A stretch of 63,767 nt of DNA, the filler included, from Octopus bimaculoides (lineage: Eukaryota): NCBI RefSeq assembly GCF_001194135.2. It is 5 parts of 5 records of this genome, joined end to end, with 100 filler letters (N's around TTAATTAATTAA, not from the genome) between each part and the next. Parts side by side here need not be neighbours in the genome. Positions count along the whole stretch, not along the records: positions 27,022 to 55,259 come from NC_068987.1; positions 55,360 to 59,593 come from NW_026389673.1; positions 59,694 to 62,461 come from NC_068985.1; positions 62,562 to 63,767 come from NW_026307441.1; 1 more part is not named here. One strand, 5' to 3'. Made by a program: the position numbers and the translations under genes. The notes under the pieces are model-generated. The model saw only the letters and a list, made by a program, of their open reading frames with translations. It was not told the origin of the DNA and did not search any database. Of the stretch, positions 53,772 through 63,767 are shown in pieces. How positions within the stretch are numbered: the stretch's first letter is position 1; each line of letters starts with the position of its first letter.

Positions 53772-56700
53772 CTCGCCGCCTTTCAACAATCAGTGTGCAA
53801 AGGAAAATCTACCAGCAATTGACTCTTCACTATCCTGGGGAAGATTTAACTCTCACCCGTTTAATGTATTCGAAACTGCACATAAGTATCGTCCCAAGAG
53901 CCGGTGCTAGGAGGTGTGAAGCCCAATTAGAGAATTGTCAGTGGCACCCTCTACTCTACAAAGACTGGAGATTGATGATTTATGCTTCGTGCTGTACACG
54001 AGTCTCAGTCAAAAAGCGTTGAGGACTTGAAGCTCCACCATTAACCACAATAATATATTAAAAATTCATCATAACATCCACCGCACGAGCGTGTATGCGG
54101 AGCCCTCTTTTGGTGCGGGGCCCAATTTCAACAAAGTTGTCTAATTGGCTCAAAACTGGCCCTGTGAATTCTTTGTGGTTCATCACAGCTTTCGAAAGAA
54201 TAAACTGTGAGAAGAAATATCTGACTTTTGTACAAATTCCTTCATGCCATTTCATGGAACAGGTCTGAACGTGTTCACGTAACAAACAACTGGTTTCGGA
54301 TTCAATTTGTGCAGTAAATTAAGCAAGAGCCTTTTACCAAAAGTGTTAGGAGAACACAAGCATAGTGAGGCAAAGTGTGAAGATGGAACTTGTGAAACTC
54401 CTCTCCAATCGGTTGCATTTGTTATTGGGTGCTCCGTTTAACATCGCCATCAAGCCCTCGAGTGCCTTCAGCTTTTTCTGTAGCTGCAATTAGATGTTTA
54501 AAGTGGCTAAAATGTATTTAAACTGAAATCCAAACAAATTTTCGTAAAGTTAAAGTATTTAATATTGGGTGGAGCTTATTCTGAAACTCGATCTTTTTAA
54601 CGTTTTGTAAGAGGCTTTTATGTTTTGTTTTTCTATTTGTCAGGGTACATGATACAGGGTACAGAAAGGGTAGTGTCTATAACCCTTTATAAGGCCTCTG
54701 ATATTTGCGGGAGGAAGAGAGGAAGGAATGTATTCTCAAACTGAAGATCTGCTTGCAACAGTGTAAACTATGTTGATGGCTGCCCAAAATGAAGTTGACC
54801 TCAGCAGGACTTGAACTCATGGTGCAGACGATCAGAACAAATACTGTGATGCATTCTATCCAACACCGCCATGTTTAATAGTATAATTTTAATGCAACCT
54901 TGTGACATGGTAGTTAATTTCAATGTGACATTCCTACAAGAGAAAACACGTTCCCCACCTCTGCTATAGTGGAAGATACTAACCCAACCATGGGGTGGCA
55001 CAACGCAATTGAAAGATATGCTTCCAAAGTGAACTTTATTATCGCATAACTGAACCAGTAAAAATAAATAAATAAAAGTGCAAGCGTAGCTGTGTGGTAA
55101 GAAGCTTGCTTCCTAACTACATGGTTCCGGGTTCATTCCCACTGCGCGGCACCTTGGGCAAGTGTCTTCTATAGCCTCGGGCCGACTGAAGCTTTGTGAG
55201 TGGATTTAGTAGATGGAAACTGAAAGACCGTCGTGTGTGTGTGTGTGTGTGTGTGTGTGNNNNNNNNNNNNNNNNNNNNNNNNNNNNNNNNNNNNNNNNN
55301 NNNTTAATTAATTAANNNNNNNNNNNNNNNNNNNNNNNNNNNNNNNNNNNNNNNNNNNNGTACTTAATTTATTGACCTCGAAAGGATGAAAGGCAAAGTC
55401 AACCTCGGCAGAATTTAAAGTCAGAACATAATGGCAGGCGAAATACTGCTAAGCATTTCGCCTGGCGTGCTAACATTTCTGCCAGCTCATGGCTTCTTTC
55501 AGTTTCTATCTTGTCCAAGGTGTAACATAATGGGACTGAACCTGGAACCATGCGGTTGGGAAGCAAACTTCCTAACACACAGCCATACCTGCATCAATCT
55601 ATTTTTTTTTCCTTTTAAATTTTCTACCTCACCCCACTCCTCTCATCTATAAAGTCATTTCAGAATGTACAGTATAATTCAACTAAGTTGAACTATTCTA
55701 AAATCAACACTGAACATTATTGTTTATTTTTTTTAATGTTATCCATATGCTACTCAAGACACTTAAGAGCTTTTATAGTATTTATTGAACAGTCACTTTT
55801 ATTACATCTTTGTCTTCTTTCTAAATAAATATCTCTATTCTTCTCCCCCCATAACATCTTGATTAGTTCCCATGATTTGTTTTTTTTTTCCTCTTGTCCA
55901 AACACCTTTGGATGCTTATCTTTACTACATGGACATCCTACTCCACTGTTATGTTCAATAATATCTATAAGGCTTGATGTTAAACTCATTACAAGTTAGC
56001 ATTTTCTAACTGTCAGACATATGTATTCTTGCTGTCTGCCTGTCTATCTCTCTCTCTCAACCTCCCTTCCTTCCACACACAAACACACACACATACATTC
56101 ATTACTTTCCTTTCCTTCTCAAACCAATCAACACTATTACATCATACAGTATCTAGTGAAATTGTTATTGACACATCTGTCTCAAGACTTGTAATAAGAT
56201 GGTGCTCATGATAATAGTCTGTTATTTTCTACATTAAAAATAAGATTAAAAAAAGACCTGCCACAATCAGATTGTATAAACCTATACTATTTATTTTATA
56301 GTCACAGCTGAGGGTGGCATAACTGTCCATAGCCAATGAACTTCAAATAAGCAGATTGTTACAGTTAATATGGAGTTCAAAAGTATTTCATGAAATAAAA
56401 CAAATAAATAATAACATAAATTAAAATTCATGTGAAAACAAATAGCAACATTGCAATTTATTGTGCACTGATAAGTGAAATGATAAGCATTGCTTGTTGC
56501 ACAAAATTGCCTGGATTTATAATTGTAAAAGAAAAATCTGATGCTAATCTATTGATCAAGCATAAATCCTTGAAANNNNNNNNNNAAAAGAAAAATCTGA
56601 TGCTAATCTATTGATCAAGCATAAATCCTTGAAAATACAGTTTGGAAAGTAAAGGAAGTACAGTGAAAGCTGTTTATTGTGATCACCTTGCGATGAAGCC

Positions 56701-57710
56701 TTTTTGATAGCAATTGCCAGCTGAAAACATTAAGCAAATAAAGAGTTTGGGACCCACAAAGTTTGGTGACTGGAACTCGTTGATAACATTATCTGTGATT
56801 ATAATAAGTGGCTTCCACTGTATTTATATTCAAGATCATGAACAAAATAATATAACAGTTTCATTAAAGACAGACCCCTGCAAGAAGAATTTCAATCACA
56901 TTTTCTGTTAGTTCTAATAAAGCAGATGCCCAAATGATAGAGAACTAGGATTTGAGATTCCGTCCATTTGATGTTAATAAAATAAGTTATAATTAACTAA
57001 ATAAGAGTAATAAAACTCTTTTAGACAGCAATCAATGACATAAAACTCTTTTACTCTCTTTTACTTGTTTCAGTCATTTGACTGCGGCCATGCNNNNNNN
57101 NNNNNNNNNNNNNNNNNNNNNNNNNNNNNNNNNNNNNNNNNNNNNNNNNNNNNNNNNNNNNNNNNNNNNNNNNNNNNNNNNNNNNNNNNNNNNNNNNNNN
57201 NNNNNNNNNNNNNNNNNNNNNNNNNNNNNNNNCACACCAGCATCAGTTGTCAAGCGATGTTGGGGGGACAAACAAACACACACAGATATATATATATATA
57301 TACATATATATATACATATACATATATACGACAGGCTTCTTTCAGTTNNNNNNNNNNNNNNNNNNNNNNNNNNNNNNNNNNNNNNNNNNNNNNNNNNNNN
57401 NNNNNNNNNNNNNNNNNNNNNNNNNNNNNNNNNNNNNNNNNNNNNNNNNNNNNNNNNNNNNNNNGTGGTTGATAAGCAAGCTACTTACCACACAGCCACT
57501 CCTGTGCCTATAAGGGAACTTTCATTCCTAGATGATGCCAAATTCTGCTTTTCTGGCCGAAAATACTAAAAAGTTTTCTTTGCATTTATTCCGNNNNNNN
57601 NNNTTGCATTTATTCCGTGACTTTAGTCTTGCACAAAATACACACAACATCAATAACAGAGAACATTCTATTCTAGCTAACTAATAAGGAAGTAAATATG
57701 CTAACAAGTA

Positions 57711-58711
57711 CAAGGGGGTACCCAAAAGAAACTGAAATTTTGCAATATTATTTTATTCACTTAGTTTCACATATTTACACTTTTATTGCTTTCAAAGTAT
57801 TCTCCATTTGAAGCAATGCATCANNNNNNNNNNTACACTTTTATTGCTTTCAAAGTATTCTCCATTTGAAGCAATGCATCAGTATAAATGCATTTTCCAT
57901 TATTTGAAGCAGTGCTGGAACTCTTGCAAAGGGATGCCTTTCAACACCTCTTGGTTTTTTCTTCGCCTCTTCCACATCTGCAAATTCCATAGCATCAGCT
58001 TTCATCAACAGTAATGACCTTCGAAAAAAGGTCTGGATCAACTTCCAACTGTTCTTACAGTTCNNNNNNNNNNACCTTCGAAAAAAGGTCTGGATCAACT
58101 TCCAACTGTTCTTACAGTTCACGGCATGCATTCAGTCATGACTGCTTTTGATCTTCCATGAGCAAGCAAGGAACAAATTTTGCTACAACTCTTTTCATTT
58201 ACAATTCGTTGGCAGAAGCCCCAGGACACACCAGTCATATCAAAAAGTTCATCAATTGTTCAGTGGCGGTCCTCCAAAATCAGTTCATGAATTTTCACAA
58301 TGTTTTCATTCATTCGGGAGGTTAACAGTTNNNNNNNNNNCTGAATGAGGTTGGTTTCAAATGACCATTCCTAAAGCATGGAAATCACTCATAAACTTGT
58401 GTTTTGTTTATGGCAGCATCCTTGTAGGCTATTTGAAGTATGACATCTGTATCAGCTGCCGTTTGCCCCAGCAGAAAACAGAATTTCACAGAAACACGCT
58501 GTTCCTTTGTTTCAGCCATTGCAAAAATTGATGAACAGAGAAGCACAGCAAAACAAAGACACATCACATGACAGTACAACTAAATAGGACAATGTCAATC
58601 AGCAGACTGATGCCTGAGGGTCACATCAAGTTGCTTCTAGTGGCAGAAGCCTGAACTACAACAGGCTTATCCCACAGAGAATGTTCCCAGTAACTTTTGG
58701 GTATCCCCTTG
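57711..58711 (-). mobile_element. Decayed mariner element (second family)
   Basis: TA-flanked TIRs caagggggtacccaaaag / cttttgggtatccccttg; MAETKEQRVSVKFCFLLGQTAA...AYKDAAINKTQVYE. Confidence 0.88.
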
Positions 58712-59692
58712 TAACTGATAATAACATAAGAACCATTATTTAACATCCATTTTTTCCATGAATAGAGTTTAGGGGTTTATTTGAGACAAATTTTCTATGG
58801 CTGGATGCCCTTTCCTGTCACCATCCCTTACCTGTTTCCCAGCAAAGTAATGTTTGTTCATGGCCAGACATGTTCTTGCAGAATGTTGGAAATGAACTTG
58901 CTTGCATGAGAGTGACACTCATTTACAACTAGCATGCACTGTCAACATAAGGACACACACACACACACACNNNNNNNNNNACACACACACATACATACAG
59001 CAGGCTTCTTTCAATTTCCACCTACCATCTCCACTCACAAAGAGATGGAGCAACAGTAGAAAACACTTGCTCAAACTACCAGGCAGTGAGACTGAATCCA
59101 GAACCATGTANNNNNNNNNNGCAGTGAGACTGAATCCAGAACCATGTAGTTATACTCATGAGAGATGCATTAACCATCAGCAAACTCTAGAACAATCATA
59201 CTTGATCACAAAAAAATATTTCTCCTTTCATTGGTTTCTATTCTAACTTAAGACACTGCTCTTGTCTCTTATCAAAATTAACAGAGACTGTTAATACCAC
59301 ATGTAATTCTCAAGCAGTATCACCATGGCACAATATGTGACAAGGATGTCCCTTTGAATAACAGGTACAATCCATCCAATAGGCTTCTGTGTAATTTCTA
59401 CCTACCCAATTTCGTTTACAAGGCTTGCGTTGACTCAAGCAATGATAAAAGGAACTTGCAGATGCCACACTGTAAAACTGAACCTAAGACTTCTTGATTA
59501 CAATCTGAACTCCTAAACCATTTGGCCATACTGCGGCCACCTATGTGACAGTTTAAAAGAAAGTATGACAGTAAAAGATAAAATGACCAAACANNNNNNN
59601 NNNNNNNNNNNNNNNNNNNNNNNNNNNNNNNNNNNNNTTAATTAATTAANNNNNNNNNNNNNNNNNNNNNNNNNNNNNNNNNNNNNNNNNNN

Positions 59693-60020
59693 NAATTAAA
59701 GGGGATATTTATCTTGGTGTGTTTTGGGTGGCATGAGCTAAAAAGGAGGTATTGTTGTGAGTCTGTAGGTTTGTGGTAGATGTCGGTTGTGATTTGGTTA
59801 TTAGGTGTTTTTATAATTAAGAGATCAAGAAAAGGGAGATGATGTTTGCTGAATTCCATAGTGAATTGAATGCTGGGATGTATGTTGTTAAGTATGGATT
59901 TGAATTCTAGAAGTTTTTCATAGGATTCCTTCCATCTGATGAAACAATCATCCAAGTATCTTTTCCAGTTATCCATTAAATAGATGTGGAAAAGGTGTCC
60001 AAATTTCTGGCGTGAGATTT
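59693..60020 (-). mobile_element. Penelope-like retroelement reverse transcriptase fragment
   Basis: WKRYLDDCF...IQFTME...LPFLDLLI...TDIYHKPTDSQQYLLFSSCHPKHTKINIPF. Confidence 0.92.
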
Positions 60021-60483
60021 CATATAGTGATATAGTGATATATATACATACATATATATACACACACATACATATATAAGTTAATGTTTATGTTTCTTCT
60101 GACCACTCTGGAGTGATGGTATAAAATGAATTGAAAATAGTCATATTATTACTTTCAAATTTTGGTACAAGGCCAGCTGTTTCAGAGAAGAGATAAAGTC
60201 GACCCTGCCGCTCAACTGTTACTTATTTTATCGACTCGTTTGTCTTGTGTCTCGTGGTTCGTCTTGCTCTCGTACTGAAGTCATTAATCACTAGTGGTCA
60301 AGGGAATCTCGTTAAGCAGAAAATAAATCAGTTAGTGATAGAAGCTGACCATACAGAGAGACAAGAAGAGATAAATAATGAACGAAAGAGATAGAAGTAT
60401 GGGTATCGGAGGAGGAGTCCTCCCTCCCTTTGCCTTAAATTTTTGGCAATACCGCATGAATTACTGACGGAGAATCTTGCCTC

Positions 60484-60720
60484 TCACAATATAGAAACAT
60501 TTCTTATGGCACCAGCAGACAAAATGGAAAAGGCGTTGCCCCGGAGGATAGCGAGGGAGATTCGCTGAAACAGCCACTCTGACTCACAGGGCTCGTACTT
60601 GTGGACAGCAATCTCCGCCTCAGTAGCGGTAAGCAGAGATGTGGTCTGGGGGCCAAGAGCGCTGGAGGGCTCAACTGCTACAGGCTTGGCCACAATCACT
60701 AGTCTATGTTGAGTGTTACG
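60484..60720 (-). mobile_element. CRE-clade-like non-LTR retrotransposon C-terminal fragment
   Basis: EWLFQRISLAILRGNAFSIL resembles the CRE-type 'LFQRLSVA.QRGNA' tail. Confidence 0.65.
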
Positions 60721-61299
60721 TTTACTACTACGAAAAGTCATAGCATTCAAAACTAGCTATTTGTGATCAGTGGCATTCCAGCCATAACCATCTCGTCTTA
60801 GTTACAAGGTTAGTGTGTCTAGGACTACATTATCCAATGTACTCTTTTGTGTTTACGACGATGGTAGTTTGATCTGAGAACGATTTGGTTGCTATTTTTA
60901 ACAGGTTAAGCGAACCACATTGGCCCGAATTATGAGGGCGCAAAATATCATGGCATTACAACACCAAAGCAGGAATTTAAGGACGCGTTCCATTCATTTC
61001 TATTTCTGTTTTAGAGTCTTTAGTCACCTATTAAAAGATGAAGGTGTTATTGAAATTATTGCCAAATACACAACATGAAAATAAATATCTACCAAAGATA
61101 ATCGGGGACAAGGGTACCTGGTACCGCATCTCGGTTTCGGCTACTTGACGAAGATTGATTAATTAATTAGGTGGTGAATGCTGAAATGTTGAGTGTCAAG
61201 TAGTGCTCCTGTGGACTTGAACCGATAAAATGTGTTACTGTGTCTTAACAACAAAACTATTTAAGGCGACAAACTGGCAGAATCGTTAGCATGCTCTAA

Positions 61300-62440
61300 G
61301 GGAGTACGAAGTGGTGACAGGAGCAAAAATCAACCAGAAGTCGGTGGGCCTGCAGCTGGGCACCTAGAGAGACAAGTTCATGCCGACAGCATTGTAGGGA
61401 GCTCGGCGGAAGGACCGGTTAAATTGCTCGGGATCTGGTTTGGCCCAGACCTCTAGGTGAACAAGAACTGGGAAGAGGTGAGGAGCAAGGTTGCAAATCT
61501 CACCCAGAAATGGGCTGAGAGGAAGCTGTCCCTGAAGGATCGGGTGGAGGTGGTGAACGCGTACATTACTTCCGTCATCTACTACAGTCTGACCGTCGTC
61601 CCTTGCCCCACTTGCTCATCCATTTTTTATAGAAGGGACGTGTTCTGCTTGTCAACAGTAGAGGACTGGGCATGCCGTGGCTAATGATGCGCAAACATGC
61701 GCTGAAGCTGTGGCCTCTCCAGCGTTTCTTTAATGGTGAGCGGGTGTGGGTATCGTTCGTCAAACGAGGCTTTCCACAGCTCGTCTCATTGATGGAGCTA
61801 CAGTCCTAGGTCAAGCGTAGACCAATAAAGGGCGCTTAGCACCTGGAGTGTCGGCAAGCCCTCATATCTTTCTGCTAGTCGGGCAACGCGGTTGGTAGAA
61901 GTTCCACTAAGAAGTTCTATAGGGAATTAGTGAAGGGAAAGAACGACGCCGAACTCGGGGAAATTCTGGGCGTCGGGAGGGATCAGCTAACTGGTCTTTT
62001 CCGGAGGACATTTACGCCAGGGCCTACGGATAACTTCCAGAAATCTGTGGCCTCTCAGTGAAACTGGGAGCTCCGCTGGTTCGAGAAAAGCTCTGCAGAC
62101 ACGGTAGTGCTGTCAGACGGACCTGTCCGAGATGTGCGCAGGGCGATGAAACCGTCCTGCATACATTCGTCCAGTGTCCGTGCATTACTAACTCGTAGAG
62201 CTTTGTTGAACAGCTGTTGTCACGTGAAGGACGAATCCGGTTATCAGTCGAGTCCATTGTGAGGATCGCCCTGCTGCCTTCTTTTGACCGGGAGGGAAAG
62301 GCAGTTTTCCTCTGTCTGGTGGCTATGGCGAAAGAGGTAGTGTGGTGGACGAGGTTGAAACGACTGAAGACAGACACTTTCCTCTTTCTGAGCCCTAATC
62401 GACTTTTTCAAGTTCCACTTGAAGAGGTAAGTTAGGGTAG
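61300..62440 (+). mobile_element. Tx1/L1-like LINE ORF2 3' remnant
   Basis: LGIWFGPDL...KWAERKLSLKDRVEVVNAYITSVIYY; CPRCAQGDETVLHTFVQC zinc knuckle. Confidence 0.85.
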
Positions 62441-62968
62441 AGGGGTAAGTAATACCTCCCCNNNNNNNNNNNNNNNNNNNNNNNNNNNNNNNNNNNNNNN
62501 NNNNNTTAATTAATTAANNNNNNNNNNNNNNNNNNNNNNNNNNNNNNNNNNNNNNNNNNNNGTGTGTGTGTGTGTGTGTGTGTGTAAATGGAACAAAAAC
62601 GCAATAGAGGGTATTAAAATTTTCGGACAGATAGACGACACAAAGTCAGACAAGAGAAACAATAATTAGAAGAACAGGCAAGGAAAAAAAAACGGGTCAT
62701 TCTTAGCTTTCTTTCATCAGTCAAGTCCCAGAATTCACGACCATTTCGGACTGTTACGCTTGGGATAGTTCGATCTGGTTGTCTCTCACCCCCACCCCAA
62801 AAAAAAAGAAGTCTATGCTAAGAGCATTAGACCCCTTTGTAAGAGAGCTATCGAATGTGTATGGAAAAAAAAAACAAATAAACAAAAAAAGGTAGAACAT
62901 GGTACACAATTGCGAATACAAACAACAAGAAAATAACAACAAGCGTCTTTCGACTGAGAACGAATCTA

Positions 62969-63251
62969 ATTGAGCTGGCGTGTATGAAGTGAAAGCCTAA
63001 AGGCAGGAACATGGGAGATAGATACAAGAGGTGTTGACGGTCGGCAGTCAGGCCAAGAAAGAAAGATTATGGCTGGCCGGACACCGGTCACGTGGAAGAA
63101 GGAGAGAAACATCTCCCCCTCCTTCCACGTGACCGGTGTCCGGCCAGCTACGATCTTTCAGTCTTGGCCTGACTGCCGACCGTCAACACCTCTTGTGTCC
63201 ATCTCTTATGATCCTGACTTTAGGCTTTCATTTCATACACGCCAGCTCAAT
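62969..63251. repeat. GC-rich 283-bp foldback palindrome
   Basis: About 135-bp imperfect arms closing on a 4-nt loop (gaga-aaca-tctc). Confidence 0.92.
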
Positions 63252-63736
63252 AGGGGTCAGTGGGATTGAAGGATTAGAGAAAAATCAGAGAAAAATCAGA
63301 GAAAAAGTGAAAGGTATAAGGGAGATAAACGAGTGGGAAATAGTGGGAGTTAAAGAGAGGACCAAGAAATATGACAGAGGGGGAGCGAGAAATAGGAAGA
63401 AATTGAGAGGGGGGGAATAAAAGATAGAGTAAGTGTCGTACAAAATTTCGATACATACTTACTGTAAGGTGATATAACACGGACTCTCCTGTCGCTAGAC
63501 AACATGCGAGGGTTCAGCAATTTCTTGCTGAACAACCGCATAGATAATTTGTTTATAACGATCAAATGTTTGTGTTCACATAAGCTCACTCCTTCCATCA
63601 ACTCGACATTACCTGCACAAGTGCATGACATACCACAGGTCAGATAACAAAATGATCACGCAGCAACAAGAGATGAAATGTTTAACGCTCAAGAACCCAG
63701 TATATATATATATACATACATATATACATACAAATA

Positions 63737-63767
<31 letters not shown>

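Noticed and set aside
54058-54285. 75-aa minus-strand ORF with acceptor-like ttctcacag
   Set aside because: No recognisable family, no downstream donor, stops in alternative frames.
56540-59150. Short direct repeats flanking 10-N gaps (56576, 57594, 57824, 58064, 59110; also 14910)
   Set aside because: Duplicated contig ends at negative or unsized gaps; assembly artefact.

Overview
AT-rich, microsatellite- and SINE-dense eukaryotic scaffold with many N gaps. It is most likely a cephalopod (Octopus-type) draft genome; this is an inference from repeat style and divergent rRNA. Two protein genes can be reconstructed on the + strand. Integrator subunit 4 (INTS4) has 17 visible coding exons at 2538-17028, further exons are implied inside assembly gaps, and one intron is U12-type (minor spliceosome). 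40S ribosomal protein SA (RPSA/uS2) has 5 coding exons at 20441-23954 (327 aa) and a probable 5'TOP non-coding first exon. The rest (24-63.7 kb) is mostly transposon debris (mariner, RTE, CR1-like, Penelope, CRE-like, Tx1/L1-like, tRNA-SINEs, MITEs) plus a roughly 3.5-3.9 kb locally triplicated block. The most unusual signals are a 93-nt pri-miRNA-like hairpin in the last RPSA intron, a scrambled 5.8S/28S rDNA cassette bounded by exact 57-bp inverted repeats, and two long foldback palindromes, one just behind the RPSA poly(A) signal. Almost all entries in the ORF track are microsatellite or N-gap artefacts.
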